Shown: positions 51,193 through 64,000 of the stretch, piece after piece
Layout: each line of letters starts with the position of its first letter
Numbering within the stretch: the first letter of the stretch is position 1
Assembly (NCBI RefSeq): GCF_006345805.1
Contig: NC_043015.1
Span: forward strand, 5,456,001 to 5,520,000
DNA: 64,000 bases
Direction of reading: 5' to 3'
DNA from: Octopus sinensis
Lineage: Eukaryota
Program-made: the position numbers and the translations under genes
The notes under the pieces: generated by a model
Told to the model about the DNA's origin: nothing
What the model saw: only the letters and a program-made list of their open reading frames with translations
Databases searched by the model: none

Positions 51193-52455
51193 CGTACGTA
51201 CAAATATGTAAGTATATGTGTATATTTTATTTAGAATCAGTATACAAAACGAATTATATATTCAAAGCAAAATTATTGATTTTGCTGGTCTGAAAGTGAA
51301 ACCGTATATTCAGAAGTATTCTTTTGTTGCCATTTTAAACTATAATTTCGTTATCGAAAATAAACTCAATCAAGTTCAGTAACCTGAAACTTGTTTGGCA
51401 TTGGAGATTACTAACTTAATAAGATTTCTCTTAAGCACGGTCAGGTAAACTATTATTCATCAAAAATTAGTAAGTCTAATTAATGTTAGACAATTTCGAT
51501 TAATAAATGAGTAACCAACATTGAAGCAAACATTAAATATTACCCTCAAAATGTTTAATTGTCATTATTGTTGTTTTTATTGCTCTTCATTCTACTGTTA
51601 TTGTTATTAATCACCGGAGCTGAAAGCGTTTTGGGAGGTCCGTATGTTTGTGACTTGTTTTCCTTTCAAGAGCGTTGCATTAATTGATTTTATTGCTTTA
51701 GCTTGTTTTTAAGTCGACCAGAACTGTGATGGACTGGTCGACCTTTGTTGTTATTTGCCTAAAACGAAATATTTTTTGAATTTTTCTACAGAAAAAAATC
51801 TTTATGGAAGGCTTACAGAAATTTGTCCTTAACAACCGTTTAAGAACGGAAGGCCATTTGTTGGTTTGGAGACGAAGCAATAATATCAATAGGGAAAACA
51901 ACAGGGTAGCAACATCGTCAGCTGCAGCAGTAACATCAAAATTACCAGCAACAACAACGATGTCAAAAGTAGCAATAATAACAAATTGAATACTAGCAGC
52001 AAACAAATATACCACAAACGGAAGTCAATTAATGTAGTAGAAAAGCAGTGCCTCCCGCGCTCAAATTCGCTTGCTGGTTGGGTATGAAATTATTGCCTCC
52101 GTTTAACTTTTTCTGGAGGCAAAAATGACAGCAAATGCAACAACGACGAAAATAATAACAGAGTAGTAGCATCATTCAAAACCCAATTAAAATCATACAC
52201 TGTGTGGTGTTGCAAATATGTTGATCAAGTCCTGATGGTTAAAAAGCAGCAGCATCAGGCTGTAGCCGAATTTACACATCAGTACGCAAATAGGTAAACA
52301 TACACTAACGATATCGGAACATCTTTTAATGCAAACTGGAACAAAAATAGTAATATGCAGCTGCGTATCTTTCAACAAGCACGAACTGGGGTGTCACTGC
52401 TAAAATTTGCTTGAGAAGCATCGGGGGGAAGACATTGATTTTGTGATATATGTCA

Positions 52456-52670
52456 GAGCTGGCAGAGACGTTAGCACACCGGGCGAAATGCTTAGCGGTA
52501 TTTCGTCTGCGATACGTTGTGATTTCAAATTCCGCCGAGGTCGACTTTGCGTTTCATCCTTTCGGGGTCGATAAATTAAGTACCAGTTACGCACTGGGGC
52601 CGATGTAATCGACTTAATACCTATGTCTGTCCTTGTTTGTCCCCTTGTGGGTAATAAAGAAATAGGTATT
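52456..52670 (+). mobile_element. SINE family C monomer ending in the array junction sequence
   Basis: Homologous to the array units; terminates ..AAAGAAATAGGTATT. Confidence 0.88.
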
Positions 52671-52852
52671 GTACAGGAGGGATTTTTCACATTGAAAACA
52701 TGTCCAGTTCTCATATAAGTAAGAAAACTTTGCACTGATACGAACCTTATTGTGACGCAGCGTGATCGGCGTAAAATAGAACAATGTTAAAAAAATGTTT
52801 CAAGTAGTTTCTGAAATGAAATGTATTGAAGAATGCTACCAAGCTGTTTAAC

Positions 52853-53410
52853 ATACAAAGAGGTACCCAAAAGAAACTGGAATTTTGCAATATTATTTTA
52901 TTCACTTAGTTTTACATGTTTACACTTTTATCGCCTTCAAATTGTTCTCCATTTGAAGCAATGCATCGGTCCAGACGCGTATTCCACTGTTCGAATCTGT
53001 CCTAGAACTCCTGTGAAGTGATACCTTTTAACGAATCAATATTTTTTTCACCACCTCTTCCAAACTTGCAAATGCTGAAGCACCAGCTTTCGCCACCAGT
53101 GATTACTTTTGAAAAAAGATCCAGATCAACTTCCGACTCTGTTTTTAGTTCATGACATACATTCAGTCGTAACAGCCGTATCAGCAAGTTAATCAATTGT
53201 ATAGTGACGGTCCTCCAAGATCAATTCATAAAATTGTATGATGTTTTCATTTGTTCGGGAGGTCAACAGTTGCTATTGACGATGCTGGTCTTCAAGTGAC
53301 AAGTGCCCATCCCTAAAGCGAGAAAACCACTTGTAAACTTGTGTTTTGCTCATGGTAGTTATTTGAATCATGGCAACTGCTTCGATTGTCGTCTTCCCCA
53401 GCAGAAATCA
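52853..53410 (-). mobile_element. Internally deleted mariner
   Basis: The minus strand gives GKTTIEA..MSKTQVYKWFSRFRDGH..SRTNENI..LILEDR..VITGGESWCF, then jumps to KGITSQEF*DRFEQWNTRLDRCIASNGEQFEG. A TIR-like TACAAAGAGGTACCCAAAAGAAACTGGAATT lies at ~52853. Confidence 0.82.
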
Positions 53411-54189
53411 AAGGGAATTGTGACCTTCCATAAGAATATGTGAAACTTCTCATTTTCGTACTTCTTTCTAAATTAGTCTTGCTATTCTCAGGCGGTGCCA
53501 ATGCACATTGCCTAGGTTTGATCGTGTGTCATGAGATACAATGTTTGTAGCCATCAGTAAACACCGAAATTTTCAGCGAGGAACATAGCCGTCCAATTTC
53601 GTCGTCTATGGTGTGTTGGTTGAAGATCAGCAGGTGCAGAAGCTATGTTGCTACTGAAAGGTTGGGGTTGGGATCTCACAATACGGATAATCTTCCTAGA
53701 TCCAACAGATAAAATCACTGTACTGTGTGGCCACCATGAAAGACTAATCTAGTAGACTCTTATGCTCCAACATGTGGCAGGAAAATGGATTTCTTTCAGT
53801 GTCTAGTGGTCTTTCTTGAAATGGTCACATGGAACGGTATCTCAGATGCATTTACAGAGGGTATTGTTTTACTGCAAAATACTCGCGAACCTGCTCATGT
53901 ATTTAAAAATGTATAACTGGTATCAACGAATTTCCTGAAAGTGATTTTATAAACATGAAAAAATGCATTGGTCATCTAAATCTTCTCTACATCGAGGATA
54001 CTGTTGTCCACAAGAGAGTCATAGCGTAGGTTGTACACAATCAACGTGATCGCCTAAAAAGAACCAAAGTTTCGGATTTGCATGACAGATATAGATAGGT
54101 ATCTTAAGTAAAGGAGATCGCTGGGGTTGCATGCAGCAGCATTAAAAAGTTCATATCACTTGGTGATGAAATTGCTGATATCATGTATG

Positions 54190-54930
54190 AAGCTCTACCA
54201 GAGGGACCCAAACACAGGGAAAGCCCCAAGGTAGATCTCCTGCAGGAAACGTCCCTGTCAGTCCGGTTACCAAGACCAGCATGGTCGAGATAAATGTAAA
54301 TGATAACCAACGGAGACCACCCAGGACAGTCGTCCACCAGGTTCTTTCCCATGGTTGATATGAACCCGAGTGATATGGCGTGTGTCAACTCAACCGTGCA
54401 CTCCGTTGCAAAGTTTGCCAAGCGCTATGAAGCTACACAAGTGCTCACTTTTGACGAGCCATTTTGGTTCAAGGCAACTAGAAGTGTGGAAAGTGCTAGA
54501 CAGCACAAGGACCTTCATCCGGTTGTTTTAAGACATGGGGGATTTGACACACTAATGGGCTTTCTGAGTAGCATTGGATACTTGATGAGAGGAATATGCC
54601 TTCGAGAAATTTTGGGAGCGATCTTCGCTGGCAACACTATTACCCATATACTCATTGGAAACGCAGTTGCTCGTGCCATCGTGGTCATCTCCTTCACACA
54701 CTTCTCCTGAGCGGCTTGTCAGAGTGCATGTTGTCTTAATCTAATAACACTATGCCACTGGGATTGAGGACAATAGGCACCCTCTATGATGATCTCCTCT
54801 CTAGTGAAATCACTCTCAATGATGTAGCATTATCCTTGCCCACCTGCTTCTTCTGGGTGCAGAGATGTTTGTCAGAACAATGATTATGACATTGATGAGG
54901 ATGGAGATAGCATCTAAATCTGACTGACAA
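54190..54930 (+). mobile_element. Internally deleted DDE DNA transposase, Academ-like
   Basis: Translates as PRPAWS..GDHPGQSSTRFFPMVDMNPSD..STVHSV..LTFDEPFWFKA..VVLRHGGFDTLMGFLSSIGYLMRG..GNAVARA, then jumps to a Cys-rich end (SGCRDVCQNNDYDIDEDGDSI*). The match to Academ motifs (TFDQPL.WKA, LRLGGFH, Cys8 tail) is from memory. Confidence 0.6.
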
Positions 54931-56948
54931 GGTAACTGAACTGACGGACATTGAGGACCGTAAGCATTTAGTGGAGAGCGTATACTTGTATCTATCTATG
55001 TATTTTCTTTTCTTTCTTTCTTATCCCCTGATGATGTCAATATAAATGAAAGCCTGTGAAATTAGGAGTTGGAAAACAATTCTATTTTGGATGTATATGT
55101 GTGTGTGTGTAGTGAATGCGTGCAAGCGATAGCCATTTTTGACTTTATGGGGGAGGGGTAACTCATTTTTAACACTTTTACTTGAATGATTAACCAGAAA
55201 ATCATAGGTAAAGTTGTTTTTCTTTTTTGGAATATCTTGATTAGTTAAGAGGTTATGAAAATTTGAAGTCGCGCCAAGTTAAAAAATGGTAAAATAATGA
55301 TGCTTTTTCATTGTCCTATTTCACCATGTTCCACCCAGATGATTCTTTGGGACTTTTAGTATGTTATAAAAATTCTTGACTCAAAACGAAGAACAATGGA
55401 TTCGTTCCTGTTGCAATTAGTGGTGGATCCTGTTATAGTTTTACTGGACTAAAAGGCATATCCAGGCAAACATTTAAAGAAAGAGAGGGAAGAATTGTGC
55501 AATAAGTTGAAGTCAGAAAATTAATTAAAATTCAATAAAATACCAGATATAGTCAGACATAGACCCGGATAAGGTAATCCGTTCATTAATTTACCTGGTA
55601 ACAAGGACTTAGTAATAAAAGAAAATAAGTTAATGTTGAAATCAAAATTTGGTACAGAATTAGTTTAGTTTCATGTTAACTGTTTGCCTAAAAAGACATT
55701 TCTAATTTTTTTTTAATCATACACCACAATTCCTTTATTAACAATTTTCTTTAACAGATTTGTCTTTCATTTGTACATTACTTATAACTGTGTGGTAAAT
55801 GCTTTTTGGTTACAATAGCCAGTATTATTACATTTAATCAATAAATTCCATATCCATTGGGCAGATACTCTGCCAATGCATTCTTGTATGCTTTGTATTT
55901 ATAAGTCTATAAACGATTTTGCATAAGCTATAGGACGCTATATTTCGAAAGCTTGCATTTCAATCTTACCTTGTTTTATCTGATGACTTGAAATGACATA
56001 AAATGCATACATTGTTGAAAATCCGTATGCAATAGGAAATACCTGGCGACTTGGATGGTAGCCTCCCAGGAGGGCTGCTATCCGAATTATTCAACGTTCG
56101 TTGAGTTTCCAACGTATTACAAAGATTCTGAAACATGTATACTAAACAGAAAACTACAGGTTCTCTAGGATAATTTCCTGAAACAATTTGTAGACTGGTT
56201 TGAATTTGAACGAGTTCATTTTCTTTCCTGTTACTTCTGGAGAGATAAGTTAAACCGCGCCATTTAATCACAGAAACCAAGTGTGGTGAGCAGCTCGTTT
56301 AAGGAAAGGCACCTCAATAGCTTTATCTAATTATCATATCTTCACAAGAGAAATAGTCAATGCGGAATTTTCTATATAGCCGCATGACTTTAAAAAATAG
56401 CGGCTGAATCTCATTTATATATTCCCTAACATGTTACAAGTAAATGGAACATATTCGATAACATAACATTAGATGTACGGCATAAGAAAAAAAATAAAGA
56501 TGCATAAAATGACACATTATGTGAAATAAAAATAACAGATAATATATTGCGTAAAAAAAAAGATGATTTACAGAATAGAAATGATATACTGCGTAAATAA
56601 GAATAAAAAATATTCGCAACGGGCAGCCTTTGATGATGAATATAGAGGTTCAGAGGCGACGTGGGGAACAGATATTACGAGTCAGACAAGTAGTATGATG
56701 ATAATAAAAAATAGACAGTGAACTTCACAAGTAGTAAAAATGAAATGCGACTGTCTTGCTGTGAGGTCAGACAATATAATACTTCCATAAAACTAAAATA
56801 CATACAACTACATACACACACAGATACGGCGTGTGTGTATATATTTCGTAATTATCTTTCATTTTCTGTTAAGACAGTCAAGATATATTAAAGAATAATG
56901 TTTTCTAACATGTCTGCTAATAACATATATATATGTGCGTGTGGCTGC

Positions 56949-56993
<45 letters not shown>

Positions 56994-57229
56994 TGTGTGT
57001 GCAAACACACGTACACAAATAAGACGCACTCGGACACACAGACACACACATATTTATAAACGTGGTGTCGAAAGTAGTAAATATTAAATACACATACTAG
57101 CAACGTTATTTTTTTTTCTTTCGTAACTGTATATTAATTCCCTCACAGAAATGTGTGTATTAATTTGAATATATATGTATATGCGTGATGTGGCGTACGC
57201 GTGGGCGAGTGTGTGTGTGCATATGCGTG

Positions 57230-57298
<69 letters not shown>

Positions 57299-57342
57299 AT
57301 ATAAAGATATAAATACAGACAGATAGATAGATAGGTAGATAC

Positions 57343-57386
<44 letters not shown>

Positions 57387-59139
57387 GTATACACACACAT
57401 ATATAATGTGTCTATGTCTCCCTGTGTATATTTATTTGCGCATGTGTGTTTCCTTGCGTGTGTAAGTGCAGAAGCACGTATACAGAGAGCGTGTGTTCAG
57501 ACATCTAGAACTACCTGTGATATATTACATCGCAGCTGCTTGTACAATAACGCCCTAATATATTCTGCGTCATCTCTCGTTTCAACAAAATTGGTGTTCA
57601 GTACACACAGGCACAGCATCGGTCTAACTAACTGAATATCGATCGGTGAAAATGTACAACCTCTCTGGAGAACATAATTAAAGTGAGATACTCCATCCAG
57701 TACATTTATTGACAAGTTCCCGTTGTAGTTATTGGCGTGTTTGCGGGCATCACCATAAATCTTCTCACTTACAAGCCACGCGAATTTGATGAATGTTGGC
57801 CACCAAATACAATGCAACATATCGATATAGATGGCAAGAAGCCAGGTGTGAAATTACCTTTCATGATCAAGCTAGTATGATAACCATCAACATTATCATC
57901 ATTCTCCCCAATAACTTTCCATCATTTTTCCTTTCCCCTCTTCATATATATATATATATATATATATATACAAATACAATACTTGTGTTAGCGCATCATT
58001 TTTATGTTAAAACTATTAATGTTATTGTTGTTCTTGCTGTTCATATTTTTATCGTTGTTGTTATTGTCTTAGATGTCGTTGCTTCTGTTTTCTCTTAATG
58101 TAAACGGACCTGTCTGTTACAAGCACGTGAGTTGCAAGAAGAAAACAAAAACGTCATTATTGGATTATTTTCTAATTTATATTTCTTTTTTTTTATTCTG
58201 TTACATATGTGCATATGGAAGCGTGACAATGATGTGCGTAAGACATTTTATTTTATTTCATTTTATTTGCCTCTGTTTGGAGGAGAGAATATATTTTATT
58301 ACCTTTTGAATATATTTTACCTTTTTTGTACATTTTACTTGTAGACATTTTGATAACAATATTTGATTATGTGTCAACAGGTGAATTGATATTAAAAGGA
58401 GGCACCGTCGGGGATGACGCCCGAATGTTAGCCAGAGGGGAAAGTCTGCCATAAAAACGAACACAGGTTGAAAAGCAGCGAGAAAGGAAGAAGTAAACAT
58501 GGATATTTGTGCCCAAAAATGTGCATAGTATGACGTGATCACTGATCGAATTTGTAAAAAAAATAACCCCAGGAACATATTCATGCAACGTATGAGATGA
58601 TAAATGACATACAAGAAACTTTGCCAGTGCTGTGAGCCACACCAAAGATAAAAATGTGGTTATTAAATTAAACTACTGTGGAATATTTATATATACGAAT
58701 CAAAACTTACGTGTACATGTAATTACTCTACTATGAGAAACAATTGCGTGATCGATTGCTATTTGGAAAAGCCGCGACCCCTTGTACGTATATAAATTAT
58801 GTGGCATAGCACTACAAGTTTTGTTCATATATCGACTACGGGAAATACATATGGCACATTAGTCGCTCATTATTTCAAGCAGAGTATGGCAAACTTGAAA
58901 GCAATCGGAAAATGAGCTTTCAAACTAACACAGTCAACAAATCACCCTAGGTGTTTCACATGCATCAGAACACCAAACAGCAATTACCCAGTCAGAATAA
59001 CCTCTGACACACACTCAGCATATCACTTTTGTATTTCGACATATGTTGTACAAGCAAGAAAAATTTCTATTTTTTGTGATCAGTGAATTTACTTCACTGA
59101 AATTATATGTTTACAAAGTCTAGACAGGTATCTTCAACT

Positions 59140-59210
59140 AGCAAGCCATGCTACTCCAGACTGATGACGAGTAAGACTCAGAAACATCTATCTGGATGCA
59201 GGCTTAGCTG
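59140..59210 (+). ncRNA. Degenerate type I hammerhead ribozyme motif (probable PLE relic)
   Basis: TCCAGA(59155-60)-CTGATGA-C-GAGT-AAG-ACTC-A-GAAA-CATCTA-TCTGGA(59191-96), with an outer helix AAGCC/GGCTT. Confidence 0.6.
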
Positions 59211-59407
59211 GATGGTGGTGCTTGTCTCCCCTTAGTAAACATAATGACACAGGACATGTATCAAGGCCGACAGGAAGCGTTGATGCTTCCTAGGGCTAAA
59301 TAGCGGTAGGGTGATTCCCTTTATGGGACTGTCACGTTAAGTTGACTGTATTCAACTGCTCTCTCTCTCTCTCTCTTTCCCCCTCTCTCACTCTCTCTCT
59401 CTCTCTC

Positions 59408-59466
<59 letters not shown>

Positions 59467-59510
59467 TATGGACATATACATACACGGTCTGCTTAACATT
59501 CTTCCTTCAT

Positions 59511-59903
59511 AGGTGCAGGCGTGGTTGAGTGGTAAGAAGCTTGCTTCCCAACCACATGATTCAGGGTTCATTCCCACTCTGTGGCAACTTTGACAAGTGT
59601 CTTCTGCTTCGCCTCGGACCGAGGAAAGCATTATGAGTGGATTTTGTAGACAGAAACATAAAGAAGTATGTCGTATACATATATATATATTATGTGTGTT
59701 GGTGTCCTTTTCCCTCATCACAACGTGACAGCCGGTGTTGGCTCTTTTACGTGTCCGTATCTTAGCGCTGCCGTTTAGCAAATGACACCAAAAGCGTATC
59801 ACGCTTAAAATAAAATAATTGTTGGCATCTGCTCGTTGGACTCACTCCCTTCATGGTTGTACCGTAGCATGGCCGCAGTCTAATGTCTGAAACAAGTAGA
59901 AAC
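59511..59903 (+). mobile_element. SINE family A, older diverged copy
   Basis: Head AGGTGCAGGCGTGGTTGAGTGGTAAGAAGC; tail CATGGCCGCAGTCTAATGTCTGAAACAAGTAG. Confidence 0.82.
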
Positions 59904-60913
59904 AAATGAATTAGCAATAGGTTTAATGAAGCAAGTTCGCCTTGTCTCTACTTTGTTAATTGGATTAAATGGATTAAACTTATCACAAAAGGTATGATCG
60001 GTGACCCAATCTTCCCAATTCTTTTATAAGGCTAAGAAAAACGGAAGGTGCGCAGCAAAATTATGTTAATGAAATCGGGTTTAACTGATGTTTCTGTATT
60101 TTCTTTTACCCAAACCCAGGAACGTTTCAGCGCTCGCACGTATGTCTACTCGCATCCAAATAAGTACCTAATACCACCAGAGATAGCTTGATACATGTTA
60201 CCAAACCATTATCACTCACCTGTGACGTTTGTCTGTCTGTATGGTTGTTACACTAAAAGTTTCCACTGAAACTTTTATTACAAGTGTTAAATATCTTATA
60301 TTACATTATATCATATTACGTTTATCGAAATTAACATAAGTTTTCATTGTGAGTCACTAATAAAAGTCAACGGGTAATTTTCTATCACCTAATATGAAAC
60401 AAATTCATTTAATTAAAATAGTTTTCATAAGTCTTTCAGGAAATGCTTAGTATCAGTTACATCTAGGTGCCTTCCATTAGCTTATTTACGTCATTCCCTT
60501 ACGTCCTCTTCTCAATTTTTTATCCATATTTAACGTTCTTCTTTATGCATTAACCTATATGTGCTGATCCAATGATAACAAAATCTGCGTAGCTGTCATT
60601 GTTTATGCTAACAAAGTACAGATTTTCCCTTAAGCATAAGAATTAAATTAATATAATTTTAAAATATCAGTGAATTTTTTTTTCCACACTGCTCTGTAAA
60701 TCATTAAGGCAGACAACACTATCCTAGTTAACATTACAGCTAGGAGGGAAAATCCAGATTCGTGTTCAATATATTCACATGTACTTTAATTAACTCTCTT
60801 ACTTCGAAGTTGTTAATTGTTCTTTATCAGTTGTGAATGAATTACTACGTATTCATTAAATGAATAGCACTGTATCGTTGTATATTCATCATGGTCATTT
60901 CACATGCCTGGAT

Positions 60914-60915
60914 CA

Positions 60916-60982
<67 letters not shown>

Positions 60983-61008
60983 TATATATATATAATATAT
61001 ATATATAA

Positions 61009-61042
<34 letters not shown>

Positions 61043-61063
61043 GAGAGAGAGATAGATAGATAT

Positions 61064-61137
<74 letters not shown>
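60914..61137. repeat. Compound (TA)n/(AGAT)n microsatellite
   Basis: Directly visible. Confidence 0.97.
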
Positions 61138-61989
61138 TTCAAAAATGGCTGAACATTTTGAAATGGCTCAACATTTTAAAACTGATGTAATACTTACAAT
61201 GTTTGTTAAAATCAAGTAGCATGAAACGATTGCACCACATTACCTAAGATATACTTGTTGCTTATTTTGATTATAATCACCCCATGGATTTATATGGCTA
61301 ATACTATACAAAATTCTGGTACCGCTGATTTAAGTACCATATTCTGACTTAAGAACCATATATACACCACACAATGCACACACACCAGCACGCACACACA
61401 CACGCGCGCGCGCACTCACAATACATACGTATATGAGAGTGTGTATGTGTGTTTACGTGTGTGTGTATGATGCCTGATCAAATAAAAAACTATCGGCTCT
61501 GGTGATTTACAAGGGATATTACATCAAATATCACCTTCCGAATATACACCCTTTATCCTGCTTCATTTCTATGGATGGAAGTATTCCTCGAACTCCTTTT
61601 CTAGGATAGCAAACAAATATATTTTCGCATTCCCTCGGATTTTCACGTCTTAAAATCATGTTCTATCCAAGTGGGATTTGATTTTTACTTTTGTTTGTGG
61701 ATAGTAACTATAGACCCACGATTCGTCACTTATGACCTTTTTCAGAAGTGTTCGTCTCTCTCGACACAACCAAGGAGATACTATGGAAGTGAAGCCCTAT
61801 CTTCTGTTTGTAATGTACGTACTCTACACAGTTTATTCCCAAGTACTGCTCTAAACAACGAAATTGAAAGAGAAGTTTATAAAGTAGTGTATATGTGCGA
61901 CAGAGTTCGATGACCATGTGTGCTAAGCGACTTCACTCTGCATCCAAGAGCTCCCTCCGTTACCATAGCAACAGAGCTGTTACTTCTGG

Positions 61990-62029
<40 letters not shown>

Positions 62030-62031
<2 letters not shown>

Positions 62032-62419
62032 ATTCTTTTTATTTGCTTCAGTTTTTGACTGCGATCATGCTAGAACGCCGCTTTTAGTCGAACAAATCGA
62101 CCCCAGTTCTTATCCTTTGTAAGCCTAGTACTTATTCTAACGGCTTTTTTACTGAAGCGCTAAGATAAGTAGACAAAAACTCACCATCACCGTTTGTTAA
62201 GCGATGGTGGGTCGGACAAACACAGGCACCCCCCCCCACACACACACATATATATTTATATACGACGAGCTTCTTTCAGTTTCTACCAAATCCACTCACA
62301 AGGCTTTGGTCAGCCCGAAGCTATATTAGAAGACACTTACCCAAGATGCCACACAGTGGGACTGAACCGAGAACCATGTGGTTGGTAAGAAAGCTACCTA
62401 CCACACGACCACTCCTGCT

Positions 62420-62422
<3 letters not shown>
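62030..62422 (-). mobile_element. SINE family A copy
   Basis: Colinear with 14209-14631. Confidence 0.88.
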
Positions 62423-62471
<49 letters not shown>

Positions 62472-63852
62472 ATATATATACGTGTGTATACATACATATA
62501 TATTTCTACGTGTGTGTCTGTGTATGTATATGTAGATATAATGCGCAACACAGTTTAAATTACAAGTGAATTACATTTGAATATTATAATACATCAGTGT
62601 GGAGGGAGTAATAATGCAAAACATATTCTTTGTATGCTGTTGGTAAGCAAAAGTAGATAGACCATGTCTCATGAGGAACATTTTCACGGTAAGCTAACTG
62701 TTGATCATACAAGATTATATGTCTTTTGCTCCGAAATATTTGCTTAAATCAGCTAATACGTAAATCTGTTATAAAATAGTTTGCACTGTAATAGCTGCCA
62801 AATATGTAAAGTTACCTCTGCTAATTTATTACAGTTTTATATAGCAACCGATCTCTGCTGATTCTTGAAATTTGGGTAGAACTTCTCTGAGGTCAGGTAA
62901 ATAAACTGAAAATTTATGTCACAAAGATCAGGGTTAGGTTTTGTGTTGGCGTTAGATTCATTGAACTTGACTATTTAGAATGGTAGATTTATGTAGCTAA
63001 AATAAAAATATATATACGTAAAGTATCAAGTGTGAATATATTCACCATAACATTTTTCTAAATTAAATTGTCTTTGTAAAATAGGTTCTATTCCACGCTT
63101 AAAGTGTACCAACGTATTTAAATTTTGAGAGAATAATTCAATAATTGCAAACACATATGTATTGACACCAAAATGGCTGTTAATTCTAGAATTTCTAAAT
63201 GCTGGAGGTTGGCGATTGGTATAGCTGTACTTAACTTATCTTTTCCCGATAGTATGCAATGTTATTTTCCCAATTATCTTCAATTTGCTGTTCACATTGG
63301 AGTCTCATTTATTTGACAGTCTCGTCATAGTTGCATTCTATTATAATAACATTTTGTAATATATATGATAAAATATAATTGTTTCATAATTTGCGGAATA
63401 CATTTGTGTATGGAACTTGAAGAGTAGAATTGTTATTTGAAATAGTAGTTCATTTTGTAAAGACGATGGTATATCAATGATTTGTTTCGATAAAGGGGTT
63501 GTTGTGGTGGCCATTATTATGCATTACGTTCTGAATGTCTCAGCACGCCTGTGATTCAAACATTTACATCACACATATTGCACGTTCTTACACTTATCTT
63601 TTTACGCTACTGTGTCATACATTATATTATTCAATGAGTAAATTTTTAAAGATGTCAGCGTGGATTTTCTACGATATATTTCGGTTCTGGAATGTAGTAC
63701 ATGAAAAATAGGAGTGTAGCAATAATGATAGTTTTAAATCCTGGTAAAATATATTTGTGTTTCAGTATAAAGGCATGTGAGGAATAAAGATATTTTAAGT
63801 TGGTCAGTGTTCTGAGACGGAAGAAGTGGAAACTTTTAAATTCTCTTTTATT

Positions 63853-64000
63853 TTATTTTCTCTTTTACTTGTGTCAGTAATTTGACTGCGGCATGCTGGA
63901 GCACCGCATTTAGTCGAGAAAATCGACCGCAGGACTTATTCTTTGTAAGCCTAGTACTTATTCTATCGGTCTCTTTGCCGAAACGCTAAGTTACTGGGAC
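63853..64000 (-). mobile_element. SINE family A 3' part, running off the window edge
   Basis: TTTTACTTGTGTCAGTAATTTGACTGCGGCATGCTGGAGCACCGC..CCTAGTACTTATTCTATCGG. Confidence 0.88.

Overview
AT-rich, microsatellite-dense eukaryotic DNA made almost entirely of transposon debris. The SINE families resemble those I recall from octopus/cephalopod genomes (inference). I recognise no intact host gene. The only long meaningful ORF is a 5'-truncated but stop-free CR1/L2-type LINE ORF2 (46829-49222, minus strand). The window also holds four tRNA-derived SINE families, several Penelope-like element (PLE) fragments and tails with hammerhead-ribozyme (HHR) motifs, five mariner remnants, and MULE/FLYWCH, Academ-like, R4/Dong-like and RTE remnants plus a Helentron-type non-autonomous element. 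The top leads are: (1) a tRNA-headed SINE with an internal (AAT)n tract and a Penelope-type hammerhead tail, whose two copies bracket a PLE RT-GIY-YIG fragment in inverted orientation; (2) a covarying 3' stem-loop shared by the young LINE and the most abundant SINE, making them a candidate LINE-SINE pair; (3) a 7-unit head-to-tail SINE multimer; (4) a PLE with a twin-priming-type 5' inversion. All alignments and translations were done by eye, and element boundaries are approximate unless a TSD is given.
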